Shown here one piece after another: positions 1 through 13,723 of a stretch of DNA of 64,000 bases. Below the pieces are notes generated by a model. It saw only the letters and a program-made list of their open reading frames with translations. It was not told the DNA's origin and searched no databases. This DNA comes from Azolla caroliniana. Its lineage: Eukaryota; Plantae; Polypodiophyta. The stretch's first letter is position 1, and each line of letters opens with the position of its first letter. The translations under genes and the position numbers were made by a program. The stretch covers positions 21,576,001-21,640,000 of the forward strand of contig JBHGNT010000006.1 in the NCBI GenBank assembly GCA_043228905.1. The letters are read 5' to 3'.

Positions 1-450
1 AATGATCAAAAGAAAACCATTTTAATCCCTTCAGGTGCAATTTTCGCAGGAATTTGACGATACATTTTGGTCCTTGTTGGCGCAAATACACAGAATATTG
101 ATCATCATACATTTGATTTTGTATGGTGCGATTTTCACATGGTAATATTGCCGATCTAGGCGCTACTAGTTAGCCTCATAGAAAAATAATTGATTTCAGT
201 AATATTTTATGCCCGTTCAAAATGCCTTTTGTGTGATCACTTCATTCGAACGCATATTGATCTCTTTTGGTGAGCTTTTCAGGGTAGTTTTACCGAGCTA
301 ATTGGAATTAGGCTTACAAAAGCATTATCTTGATCATTTTTGGTACAGATTCCGTGTACATGCTTCACAGAAAATCAATTGTACATTGGATCCCTTATGG
401 TACAATTTTCGTAATAGTTTATAGCAATTGATTTTCGAATAGAGGCTTAC

Positions 451-555
451 CAATTGGGTCCGCCGGAGAGCTCGCACGTTTTCAAGATAGACAAAAGCCA
501 CCATAACAGCAAGTCCGATCACAATTCCAAGAACCACGCCAGAAATGAAGGCCAT
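451..555 (-). CDS. SYT5: First coding exon of a synaptotagmin (SYT4/SYT5-like, SMP-C2 ER-PM tether); gene continues beyond the left edge
   Basis: ATG at 555-553 encodes MAFISGVVLGIVIGLAVMVAFVYLENVRALRRTQL (TM anchor), which resembles the plant SYT4/5 N-terminus as I recall it. GTAAG donor follows immediately at 450. Confidence 0.75.
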
Positions 556-779
556 ACTGGAACGAATACAGCTAAATTCGGAAAACAAGAAGAAGGAGGA
601 GGAGGAGGAGGAGGAGAAGATTAGGGATCAAGCTCTCATGGTTCGGTTTTTGCAAAGAAAGACGTCGGGAGCTTCTGAATATCTCTGTTCTGAATATGCG
701 AGGCGGAGGGGGGAGGAGGAGGAGGAGAAATGGCGTTTGCACAGAAGAAGAAAAAGGAGGCAAAGGAAGAAAGTAGTGA

Positions 780-1230
780 AGACTAGCGATGGAAGAAGGA
801 AGGAAGGAGATGAAGAAGAGAGAGAGTAGAGAGAGAGTAGAGAGAGAGAGAGAGAGAAGAGAGAGAGAAGAGAAGAAAGAAAGAAAGAAAGAAAGAAAGA
901 TGGGTTGGTGTTGGTTGAGTCTGTGTGAAGAAAGAGAAGCTTTGCCTCTCTCTCTCTCTCTCTCTCTCTCTACTCTCTCACACACACACTCTCTCTCTAC
1001 TTCTCTCTCTCACACACACTCTCTCTCTCTCTCTCTACTTCTCTCTCTCACACACACTCTCTCTCTCTCTCTCTACTCTCTCTCTCACACACACTCTCTC
1101 TCTCTCTCTACTCTCTCTCTCACACACACACACCTGTGTGTGTGTCTGTCTCTCTCTACTCTCTCTCTCTCACACACACACACCTGTGCGTGTGTGTCTG
1201 TCTCTCTCTACTCTCTCACACACACACACA

Positions 1231-1261
<31 letters not shown>

Positions 1262-1310
1262 TCTCTCTCTCTCTCTACTCTCTCTCTCTCACACACACAC
1301 ACACACGAGG
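780..1310. repeat. Compound GA/CT/CA microsatellite block upstream of the synaptotagmin gene
   Basis: Runs of (GA)n, (GAAA)n and reiterated (CT)n-A-(CT)n-(CA)n units. The long ORFs here are low-complexity artefacts. Confidence 0.95.
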
Positions 1311-1384
1311 GGGGGGCCGGGGGAGAATGTTTCTGGGATTTTTTGTTATTTCCCAAAATACCCCTCCTCATCCTCCCCCCCCCC

Positions 1385-2480
1385 CTTCCGCTTTTGTTAT
1401 TTCCCCAAAATGCCCCTCCTTCCTTCCTTTCTCCCTTCCGTTTCATATATTAGTTATATTTTGTATGTGCTTGTTTGCAAAGTATTCTCGAATAAACTCT
1501 ATCGAAACGAATCTTCACTAGCGTCAAGCGTCTTTTTTCAATGACTTAACTATGTAGCAAAGATTTAATGTTTCTGGGAGTTTTTGTTAATTCCCCAAAA
1601 ATGCCCCTCCTTTCTCGCTTCCATTTCATATATTAGTTATATTTTGTATGTGCTTGTTTGCAAAGTATTCTCGAATAAACTCTATCGGAACGAATCTTCA
1701 CTAGCGTCAAGCATCTTTTTTCAATGACTTAACTATGTAGCAAAGATTTAATGTTTCTGGGAGTTTTTGTTAATTCCCCAAAAATGCCCCTCCTTTCTCG
1801 CTTCCATTTCATATATTAGTTATATTTTGTATGTGCTTGTTTGCAAAGTATTCTCGAATAAACTCTATCGAAACGAATCTTCACTAGCGTCAAGCGTCTT
1901 TTTTCAATGACTTAACTATGTAGCAAAGATTTAATGTTTCTGGGAGTTTTTGTTAATTCCCCAAAAATGCCCCTCCTTTCTCGCTTCCATTTCATATATT
2001 AGTTATATTTTGTATGTGCTTGTTTGCAAAGTATTCTCGAATAAACTCTATCGGAACGAATCTTCACTAGCGTCAAGCATCTTTTTTCAATGACTTAACT
2101 ATGTAGCAAAGATTTAATGTTTCTGGGAGTTTTTGTTAATTCCCCAAAAATGCCCCTCCTTTCTCGCTTCCATTTCATATATTAGTTATATTTTGTATGT
2201 GCTTGTTTGCAAAGTATTCTCGAATAAACTCTATCGAAACGAATCTTCACTAGCGTCAAGCGTCTTTTTTCAATGACTTAACTATGTAGCAAAGATTTAA
2301 TGTTTCTGGGGGTTTTTGTTAATTCCCCAAAAATGCCCCTCCTTTCTCGCTTCCATTTCATATATTAGTTATATTTTGTATGTGCTTGTTTGCAAAGTAT
2401 TCTCAACTAAACTCTATCGAAACGAATCTTCACTGGCATTAGGTGTCTTTTTTTCAATGACTTAACAATGTGACAAAGTT
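1385..2480. repeat. 183-bp tandem repeat array, about 6 copies
   Basis: CAAAGTATTCTC recurs at 1478, 1661, 1844 and onward at a 183-bp period. Copies are near-identical except the diverged last one. Confidence 0.95.
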
Positions 2481-5400
2481 TTATTTATTTATTTCCCGGC
2501 CACGTACACCGTTGGATCGAAAGTCATACAATTTGAGAGAACCCAATTTCAAGCCTCACCATGGGTGCTAGGCATCTATAACGTAGATCGCAATTGATAT
2601 GTCATGGACATTTAAAACGTATAGATCTATCTATCCGCTCCCCTCCCTCCTAGGTTAAGCTTCTCGATAAAGGGAATAAGATCGAGTGTATGCTACTCAA
2701 AATATTCTTCAAACATTGGTCGTGGTGGGTGTATGTGTTGCTCAGAAAATGGGCTTGTCCAAGTGCATCTCCCTGAAAGACCTGTAAGGCATTCAAGAAC
2801 CCCGTGTGTGTTTGTGTGCTTATATTTGCGTTTCTTTTTTCCATAATCAACTTACCCTAGCAATAAATCGTTAGAATGCCGAGACAACGCCTCGGTTTCC
2901 AAGCCCAAATTTCATGAATCTCTATCATTTTTCCTAATTTTATTTAGATGCCACTTTGGAATTCAGGGGGTTGGACGCATGACTTTTCAGTCTCTATCAC
3001 ACACAATCTTACCAACTAAGCCATATTCTTTTTCAAGGGTGTGAGAGAGAGTTTTGTTCACTCGAGGTATTTTTGGGAATTTATTAAACACAAGAGCATC
3101 TCAAGAAATAGTTATAAGTTATAAATATAGGCACGTTTCAGAGTTTTCCCCTTAATTTAAATAGCCTCCCATATACCTAATTATTAATAAGGCATGATTC
3201 TAAGTCCAGAAAATGTGCTCGTACAAAATGCCATGCGATTATGTGCCCAAAAGGATTGTCGAAATCATAAACAGGTAGACAAAGACAAAGAATGGTAGAG
3301 CATTTTGGCATGCCCCCCCTTTCTCCTCATGTTTCAACAACCTCGTGCAAATGTCCACAAGTCATGAAATCGTAAAAACATCTATGTATATGGACAGAAA
3401 GAGCCAAAGCATTTCGTAAATGGATGGAAGTCCATTTCAAAGGAGGGAATGAACATATCCATGAGATGAAAAGGTAATGGAAGGGACAAATTATTAAATG
3501 ATAGAGTCACCATGATTGATATTCAAACAAGAAAAACAAATACAACAAGAGATTCCCTAGTTTTCACTAAGAAAAATAACTATAATCCACTAGTACCATA
3601 TTGCATAAATCAATGGGTAGAAAGGAGAAAAGAACAAAAGTCCCAAAGTGGCATCTATATATCATTTTCATTGTTTCTCTCCTTGACAATTCACATCACT
3701 TACTCCGATTCCGTCAATGAGCAAGAGATCACACAATAAACGATGGCTTCTGTTAAAGGGATGAATTTCGTTGACTAAAATAATATAAGGGGCCTTGATA
3801 TTTCTAGAAAGTAAATGCACAAAATGTAGGCATATGTTTCAATTATAAGAATCTTAAGAACCTCACCATTATTCTCTTTTGATTGGCAATGATTTGGTTT
3901 ATCACCTCCATGTCCCAAATGTTTCTGTTTTATCTAGTTTTTGTATTGTATCCATAGGTAAATATAAGGGAAGTTCCTAAATGTCATCCCATGGGTACAA
4001 TCATTTCTTTGGTTCCTTATCTATCTAATTAGGTTAGAGTATGTCGGTATCACTTTCCAATATTTGATAAACGATTTCAATTGGTCTTCGTGATAAATTA
4101 TCGTCATGATCAATTGATGCTTTTTGTGGAAATCTTTCTCAATGACATTTTCATAATTCTCTTTCGAAATTCCAACATTCAAATTTTTTTTTTCGCAATT
4201 GAGCTGCATTAAACATTATCGTATAATAATCCTGAATATTCCCGCCTACTTGAAAGTTCAAAAGGATGAATTGTCCATACCGAGCACCACATACATTAGA
4301 TTTGTTGTTTCAGTTTTGCATGTCAGTGTTGTCATTACATATTGTACTATTCTGACTTTTTTCCCCCTTTCACATTGTTGAAGAACCAAGATAACCAATG
4401 CCCTAGTTTGGAGGACGTTGTATTTGTAGGATGGAAACGGAGCATCTCATATCAAACCTTCTCTTAACTTGTCTGTGTATTTACTAGAGAGAAAGGCCCT
4501 AGTATTATTTATTGTATGTGTGTAACCGATCTACTTTAAACGTGCAAGGATCATTAGAGACACTCAAACTTATATGATATCAAACGGATAACACCAAGAA
4601 AGAAATACAAGATCCTCAGTTACAAAAGACAAATACAATAAAGTGAAGGAATCATAAGAATTCATTCAACACAAAAAGGAAAGACATACATATATCATAT
4701 ATGTATATAAAGTCTACATTCAGATAATGATCACAAATAATTTATCAGAATTCCTTCACTATGTAATGATTTAGTAAGGGGTACAATGATACACGTGTTG
4801 ATATCTCTATTCATGTAGTCATCACATGATCATTACCACACTCTACAAGTATACAATCATCATGCATCCCCTTGGTATGCCATAATTGAGCATTACTGAA
4901 ATAACATTTCCTTGAGATTGTTCTCACTGCAATATAGGTTCGCTAAGCTTCAACATGAGTCGCATTTAACTCAATAGAATATGCAACAATGTAACAAGCC
5001 CCTACTTGGTTCCACTTGTGATATATGAACAAGTTTATGATGCCACAAAACCATCTATAAATTGGTCCACAAAATAACATGAGTTGATTGAGCTGAGTTG
5101 GAAATGTAGATCCAGAAATTAAATATCCTAATCATGTCATTAGGCGAATATACACGAATTAGTCATCCTCCATAGGGATGTTCATTGTTCATCATGTGTT
5201 TGAACTAAATTTAAAGTGTCACTAAAAAGGGTGGCCAATGGTGTCTTGATCTATGGGCAAGACTCATGGCATGTCTCATAGCATCCATCAAGTTTTGAGC
5301 TCCCATACCTTGTAGTGTGTTTGTGGTTGGTGAACATTTAAGTCACAATTGAAGTTGTTATTACCATCATCACCATCACCATCTTCATCATCATATTGAG

Positions 5401-6057
5401 ATGCTTGTAAGCATGTAATAGATATATAATTTTAATTACAACCTATTCTTGAGTGGCTTCCAAGTTCAACTCCAAACAACAATATATAACATGGCATGTG
5501 AGAGGTCGAATTGAATTATTTATGAAAACAACAATATATTGTGTGATCAAAGTCCAATGCAAAAAGGAAATCTTCACTTTAACTTTCGAGTTCTTAAAAG
5601 CATGTTTGCCTAAATTCACGTAATCTCCTGAAAAAGCCTAAGCATGCTTTGGAGATTGACATTGTCATCGTAGGTTGCTTACTAACAATTCAAAGATCCA
5701 TAATTTAACAAACAAAATTGAGCAATGTGACAAATGTATTGGTCTTTTAAAAGAACATCGAAAATGCCATATGCATGTTAATGATTTGATTAACCTATGA
5801 CAAGTTACAACTATAAAACTTCACACAATTGCCTTGTCATTTTTTAAACTAGTATGTATATGTATATCTCTATGTATGAGTATATATGCATGTGGATTTG
5901 ATTAGATGGAACCACTACAATTAGTAGAATCTAAGAATGCTTCATGAAAATCCGAATTAACTAATGAGAGATAAATATCCAATATTATGATATTGCATTC
6001 TATTCATATCAATGGCTCATCCACATAATAAATTCTCGGTTAAATGCGATCACGAGG

Positions 6058-6763
6058 TCAAGAAGTATTGTTCAAGCATCCCCAAATGATTGAATGCAAC
6101 CCTTCGCGAGCCTTAATCATGCCGGTATGTACACCAATATGATTCGTATTAATGTGATCTTCCATGGGATAGAGTGGGCAAACAGAATTAATACCTATGC
6201 TAAAATCACTACTTTTGCTACTAATCGAGCTCATGGAAACATCCTCCTCAAGTACTAGTGATGGGTGACAAGGCCTCGAGGCTCGACTTGCATCCGCAAT
6301 TTCACGCTCACATATAACCCTTGCATTGCTACGATTATTATTATTATTGATACTTCCATCGTCATTTACATTCAAGCCAAATTCCTTATGATACCCAACA
6401 AGTGCGCGAGAAGTGTCCAAAAGTGTCGTAGCTCCATGGTCCGGGGAGGGATCTTTATTCCCTCGATTTCCTGTGACTCTCGCGGGATCTATGGTGTAGG
6501 ACCTTTGATCCTTGGACATGAATTGCAGCACATTATTGTTGGTACGAATTACGGTTGGTAGCAATTCGATGTGGTGCAAAGCTCCATCAATCTCCTCTTT
6601 TTTGTTGTCATTGTGAGGCGTCATCCGGGATTCGAACATGAGATTGAGCCAATCCTTCTGTTGTTGGATTCGGATCTGGTGATTGCTTCTCATGTAGGAA
6701 TGCCAGAAGTTCTTCACATCATTGTCGGTTCGCCCTGAGAAATGAGTTGCGATTTTGGACCAG
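6058..6763 (-). CDS. R2R3-MYB transcription factor, exon 3 (joined CDS 936 nt, about 311 aa)
   Basis: CAG acceptor, then WSKIATHFSGRTDNDVKNFWHSYMR; open frame to TGA at 6058. Confidence 0.9.
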
Positions 6764-6794
6764 CTGCCCCCACACCGATATGTACACGAACGAA

Positions 6795-7212
6795 TCCATT
6801 GTGACCATTATTCAGGATTAATCAAATAGATGTTAGTACACCAATATATATGCATACAAATCCATTGTGCCCATTATTCAGGATCAATCAAACAGATGTT
6901 AGTACACCAATATATATGCATACAAATCCATTGTCATTATTCAGGATTAATCAAATAGATGTTAGTACACCAATATATATGCATACAAATTCATTGTCAC
7001 AATTCAGGATTAATCAAATAGATGTTAGTACACCAATATATATGCATACAAATTCATTGTCACAATTCAGGATTAATCAAATAGATGTTAGTACACCAAT
7101 ATATATGCATACAAATTCATTGTCATTATTCAGGATTAATCAAATAGATGTTAGTACACCAATATATATGCATACAAATTCATTGTCATAATTAAGGATG
7201 AATCAAATAGAC
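6795..7212. repeat. 63-bp minisatellite, about 6.5 copies, in MYB intron 2
   Basis: GTTAGTACACC at 6832, 6898, 6961, 7024, 7087 and 7150. Confidence 0.95.
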
Positions 7213-7300
7213 ATGTCACATTAACAATGGTGTTGATTTAATGCCTTTGTTCCCCCCCCCCCCCCCCTTTTGTTATTAATCCATATTTTTGTTTTTATAC

Positions 7301-7430
7301 CTGTTCCCAAACTTGTTGTGAAGATGGATAACCCGCCTCATTTCGTCGGCCGAGAAAGGTCCTCTCCTCAAATCTGGTCTCAGATAATTGATCCAACGGA
7401 GGCGGCAGCTCTTCCCGCATCGATCGAGAC
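7301..7430 (-). CDS. R2R3-MYB transcription factor, exon 2
   Basis: 130-nt exon (canonical length) encoding [43 protein letters not shown], with AG/GT boundaries. Confidence 0.95.
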
Positions 7431-8031
7431 CTAGATAGATTAAATGATTTGTCAGATCGATATGTATATACATTCCATCCCGAAACAAAAGCAATATAGA
7501 ATGAATGCAAATAAACAAGAATAAAGGCTTTGCAATCTGTAATTTAGAGACATGAAATAGATAATAATATCAATAATAATCACACACTTCATCGAATTGT
7601 CTTCATAGTTCGATTCCGGAATCATCAGCATAATGATCACTTTTTGGTGTATGACTCCAAATTAGTCTGTTTTGATTTGATTCACTCATCATGTTTGAGG
7701 TTCAGATATTATATGGATATATATCAAAATTAACACCACAAATGGAAGGCCTAGAGTATATACAACACCAATGTATAAACATTGATATGAATGTGATGAA
7801 CTTGATGCATTTAAAAAGAAATGCAGCACACTATCATGGAAAAACATGATCATCATGAAGAAGGTTCCATAACTCTTCGACGAGAATACAACGTTCAAGA
7901 AGTAGATCGTCATAAAGCCCTCGATAGACTTAACAAAGAAGCATCAAACTTGCTTTGAAATGTGTTTTCAACACTTACATAACATGATATTTCAAACATA
8001 TAGGTTTTGTTTTGTTTTGTTTTGTTTTTAC

Positions 8032-8131
8032 CAGTTTGCTTGGCAACATGAGCCCAATTGCCACAACCATGCATTCTCACATAATTCCGGAGCTTCTCAT
8101 CTTCCTCAGGAGACCACAATCTCTTTTGCAT
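8032..8131 (-). CDS. R2R3-MYB transcription factor, exon 1
   Basis: MQKRLWSPEEDEKLRNYVRMHGCGNWAHVAKQT-G; GT donor at 8031 in the canonical phase-1 position. Confidence 0.9.
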
Positions 8132-8814
8132 GATGAAAGATCAATGAGATGATTGTTATAAATTATATGCAAAAAAAGATGATAGGGATGGTGTGTGCTG
8201 AGCTCACTACAAGCTACTCTAGTTTTAATCCACCATTCATGGAGCACCTTATGTCTCTAAAAAGTGAAACAAAAGCACAACCTACACACCACTTTCAATG
8301 TACCACAAAAAGATGAATAAAAATGGAAAGAAAGGATGAGACAATATCTAGTAGGGCAATGCTATGAGTTGTTTCAATTCATTTTTGTTGCTACCCAATA
8401 AAGAGAAAGAAAGCATTATACTCTTTGCTTTAAGACCAGAACAGCTAGATTCATTGATGATTGGAGTATATTGTCTAGTAAATGCAACCCCGAGGATGGA
8501 TCTATCGACAACAATATATTTGTTTCTAGTACCACCTAATGCTTGTAATGACAATGGATAGAATCAGCCTTCGGCCCCCATAGCCGTGTGTGTATATATA
8601 TATACCTTCAAATTTCGAGTTTCATGGCATTCGGTGGATGTAAATACGATCCCCCCTCTCGTACTTGCATTTTTATTCTCTTCATTTTCTTCCTTGACAT
8701 TACTAGGCATTGAATTGCATGAGATAAAGCAAAGATGTGGATTCTTTGGCCTCATACATCATTCTTATGACCTCCTCATGACTAGTAATATGACAATTTC
8801 ACCTCATTTTTTAA

Positions 8815-8852
<38 letters not shown>

Positions 8853-11804
8853 TTCCAGACATTTTGATTTTCTTTCCATGCACAAGTAAACAAACAAAAA
8901 AAACACACATCCCAACAACTGACTTCCTTCCCTTCTTTCTCCAAGTTTCCATGTGCAATGATGGTGACAACTATTTCTTTGTCCCTATTACCAACTTCGA
9001 TTATGTCGGCCTCTCTTTGCTCACTAAACGCATTGCATTTACTTTTATCTTGATTGTCATGTTTGAGAAATATTAATAAACGAGGGTACCTCTTCATGAA
9101 ATGCACATGCTTGCTTTTGACCTATCTTCATTAGACAATAGAAGATTATGAGAAGAATGCCATGAATTATAGGAACTTAGCAAAAATTATGTATATATTT
9201 CCTTCATAAAACATTTAGTCCAACTAGCAAGTTTAAATATTTGACTTACATTTGAGTGAATGAGAGTATTTCTTTCCCGAACATTGTGGTTTGCTATTGT
9301 GAAATCCCCATAAGTTCTGTCTAATGATGGCAATATCCTTGTTATGTATAATGGCTCCATGTCTTATCTTATCTTGGACATGACACCTTTTCTTTCATTT
9401 TGCTTGCTATTTGGAATGCTTATAAGTTCAATATCTAATGTTAATGTGCTCTCTTTCTCTCTCTCTTAGACACACACAGTCAATTTGGACACCACATGAA
9501 ATTTGGACACATTGGTCATATTTGACCACCGGAGGATGATAATAAAATCTATCCATCTATACTTTTCCTTCCCTTTTCTTTATTTGTTGCAAAACTGTCA
9601 GTAAATAAACAAAGTCAAGCTAGCATAAATTGAATGTCTTCTTCAATATTCAAGAAGGTAACTAGTTTTGTATTCTTTTTTTGTGCCTAAAAAACTAGTT
9701 CCCTTTTTAAAACCAAGCATGTGGATTTGGGGGCGTATATGAAGACAAGGTAACATAAATTGAATGGCCTCTTCTATATTAGGGATGATAACTAGTTTTG
9801 TATTATTCTTTTGCACCTCATTTTTGTTTGCCACCCAAGGATATGGTAAATAAATCTATCTCTATCCTAATGCGAATGATATTTCACTTTCTTTCCTCTA
9901 GCTAGCTTTCTTTGTATTGGTTTTCGGATCATATTTGTTTATATATATATATATATATATATATAATCTTTTTCTCATTCTAAATTCCCTCTTTAATGTT
10001 TTCTCATTGCGTATCTAGCTTTGTATTGTCGTTTTTTGGTCCCATGGATCATATTTAGCCTTCCGAGGATGAGCATCTCTCTATCACACTCCAAGTTCCA
10101 CCTCCGATACATCATCTCTCTCCCTCATTCCCAAAGATTACATCTATAATGATAATGCATCTTGTGCTCAACATTGACATTGTAAAATTGAGTCCAATCC
10201 CTAGACACACTTCTCTCACAATCACAACGTGCACTCTTAATTGCAATGTTTATCACTAGGATTTTCGAATATTGAGAGTCTCTACTCACTCCATGCAAAT
10301 AGCGTGTAAATATTTTACTTCCACTTCCATAGGTCCTATATTTGACTTCTTGAGGATAATAATAAAATCTCTCTATCACACACACACAACACATTCTATT
10401 CACCCCTAGAGCCATAATCATTGTTATATAGTTTGCAAAAGTACACCTTACTTCACCCTTTCATTTCACCCCCAAAAATGCTCATCATATGTATCTTCCT
10501 CCTCAATTTTCCTACTTTTTAACCTCAATGCTTGATCTTTTAACTTTGTTTTGTTTTTAGGGAAATTATTGTTATATACCCCATTATAATAATAGGAATC
10601 TACTAAAAAACAACTCCCAAATTTTTGGGTTTTCCCCAACTCATTGGATCTTTTTTCACACCATTTAATTAACACCAAATAAGTGTATATACTCATATGT
10701 CTCCCTGAGTATACTAGGTAATAATGGAATGTGCATAATTAGTTGGCCACTTGTGTGAACATGTACAGAACTAACTATGCAATTGATTTATTGTATACAC
10801 TTTTGCTCTTTATACATTAGTCTTGGCAATAAACACTAATGCTTTAATTGTCACATGATTAAGTTAATTCAGTATAAATCAAGATTTGGGGGAAAAGAAA
10901 GATGTGTTTTTGGTATCTTTCCAAATGTACATGATCTCATGTAAGCAGCACTTATAGATTTCCCTTTTTTCTCTTTTTTCTTTTTTCTTTTTTCTTTTTA
11001 CCTTGACACCACCACTTGGTACTTGGTGTTTATCATCTTTATGCCAAATTCCATGTATTCCCTCAACACAAGAATATTTGTGGGTCTTTCTACTTTCTAT
11101 TTATATTACTTGTCACTCAATCAAATCACACTTTTACATTGTTTTCAGGGTCTTAGGCTCGTACTTCTCTCGTTCAAGATGCATACCAAGGTGTAACAAT
11201 GCTTCTTCTTTCTATAGCTATCTATTGTCAATCAATCAAATCACACGTTGTGTCAAAGTTGTGAACTCGTCCTCTTGGTCAGGATAACAAAGTGGAACAA
11301 AGGTTCACTTGTATAATGTGAGGATAACTATTACTCTGAAGAGAGAAATTAATTAATGATGGAGGTCTTGTCAGGTAACAAGAGGAGACGGACATGAAAA
11401 AATGGCAAATCTGTGCACAGAAGTGCAAGAGATAGTTGAACAAATGAATTAACAATTGCTACAAATTATAAGTAACAAGGGACGGGAATGGATTCCTACA
11501 ACAAACACCAACAAACACAATCTAAGAAATGGGGAAATCCTTTGACAAGGATAAATTTCATTTCTGTGAAAGGGAGATATTTATGAAGCATATTCAATTA
11601 TTGAATTGATATTACCCTTTTCCTTAGTAGTCATGAGACCTTCTATGTTTTGTTTTTCTATTTGGTTTATTAAAATGATACTCGCTACAAAAGCAAATAG
11701 ATAGACAAAGATCCTTGTGAAACCGAGATATGACCCATGAGAGACAACAAGAGAGTAAAAAATGAGAAGACATTGCATCAAACTTGGAAGTCTAGTTCAC
11801 TAAA

Positions 11805-12235
11805 ACATAGATCACTTTTTAAAACTTGTTTTGAGTGAAAACATTTTCTTATCATGAATGGGATTTTGCATAAGTATATTGATTGTCTCTAAATTTCCTA
11901 TACTTATCTTAATTTCTCATTACTCTTATGTATTGCATGCATGAAACAAAAATTTCCACATCTAGGTATGGAATAAAATTCAATTGAATGTACAAATCAA
12001 ACAATGATATCAATCATTATAAACAAGAGATCACTTTTTTAAACTTTTTGAGTGAGCATTTTCTTATCGTGAATGAGATTTTGCATGAGTATATCACTTG
12101 TCTCTTAATTTCATACAATAATTTGAGTTTCTCATCAATTCCATGTATTACATGCACGAAATGAAAGTTTCCTTGTCAATTGTACTGAAAAAGTCAATTG
12201 AATGTACAAATCAAACAATGATATCAATCATGAAC
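11805..12235. repeat. Diverged ~219-bp tandem duplication
   Basis: AGATCACTTTTT...CAATTGAATGTACAAATCAAACAATGATATCAATCAT occurs twice (starts near 11809 and 12028). Confidence 0.8.
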
Positions 12236-13723
12236 AAGGAGAGGTTTAAACATATTAGTAATTAAGAAGGGACAAGTCATTAAATGTTATAAATCACTAC
12301 ATTTGTAGAGGAAGAGAGAGAGAGAGACAAATCAGCCAATGATTTAAATTCATTACGTGAATACTCACTCGAAAATGAGAAAACAAAAGTATAAATGCAT
12401 AAATTTCCCTAGGACAAATAATTGCCAGATGGCACTACCAAATGATGCCTCCTTTGGGACATGGATTGTACATCAATATATTTGATCATAGAGTAAATTC
12501 TTCAACTTTCGGGAATAGGGATTTGTCAATACTGTTTTTTAGTGCAATTTTGTTGATGATGCTATGTGCATGTGTCTTCTTAAATTAATATATTTAAAAA
12601 CCACAAATATTGTAAGTTGAGCCAAAACCTAATGAATTAAACTATCTCGTGAGAAAATAACCGCATCAAATAACAATGTGGAAACATTGCCTCTAATCAT
12701 TATACATGAGACTCTAGGCTTTCCTGCCACTCGCTCTAACAAACATTTGTTTATTGTTTTAAACACGATGGTGGCATTGACATTACACCCTTGAGGTTTT
12801 GGATCATCGTTGTGGATCTGTGATATTATGTGTCTACTTTAGCCAGAGCTTGACTTCATATATTGATTTGCCAAAATCTCTATTTCACCTTAACACCACT
12901 TGGTACTCCTATCACTATGATAAATGCCAAATTCTTTGTTTTGCCCTTTATCCTTTCTGTTCTAACTTCTTATATGTCTTGTTGTCAAGTAACACATTTG
13001 TTAAAGTTGCATACTCCTCAAGGTAAAACAAGATGGATTATACTTGGCGACATTAAATTGGAGGATAACTCCTCTAAATCTAGGAACATGGGTTTGTAAT
13101 TATGGTGTTGACAGGGGCTTTTCATGTTTCTATGGAAAAAACATATATGGAAGACATCTTCTTATGTAAAATATACTCATAAAACTCTCTATAGAATTCA
13201 CTTCTAACCATATCCAATGTGATGGATAAATATGCCCTCCTATCAATAGGTAAGGCATCTCAATGCATTTATTGATAGAAAGGGAATTATTCAATGCATG
13301 GATACTCTACCAATTGATAGAATGTTACTGTGATGTGAGAAGCCACATGAGGAAATGATTTTAGACTAAATATATATATAAGATTGAAGGATAGTGCAGA
13401 AGTATGAAAAGAAAGTCATAAGACAAAGGTATAATCAAACACAACAAAGTAGTTGTGGCATAAGCAACAAGAGTTTACACTAGGAGCGGAAGGTCAGGGG
13501 TTCAAGTCTCAATTGAGCTATGAGAGATCAAGCACGTCTTGATTGGATGAACGTTTGGAATCCACATGGATGGACATGGTAATCTTATAAAAGGGAGTCC
13601 AAATGGATGGACATGGTGGTCCTATAGAAGGGAGAGGAGAGCTTGTTCAACGGGGTCAGATTTTTGGAATGAAGTGGAAGCTCAAGATTGACGATGACAA
13701 AAAGTGACAAAGTTATCATTGTT

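Noticed and set aside
545-1544. Long ORFs over the microsatellite
   Set aside because: Low-complexity translations of GA/CT/CA repeats
2650-5900. Short ORFs between the array and the MYB gene
   Set aside because: AT-rich, no recognisable domains or exon structure
6795-7212. CRISPR-like regular repeat and 113-aa repeat ORF
   Set aside because: Head-to-tail repeats with no unique spacers, eukaryotic intron context, no cas genes
10100-11100. Possible ancient LTR remnant
   Set aside because: Only weak motif similarity; no boundaries, PBS or TSD definable
13445-13520. tRNA/SINE-like head (GGTTCAAGTC B-box)
   Set aside because: No convincing cloverleaf, tail or TSD could be established
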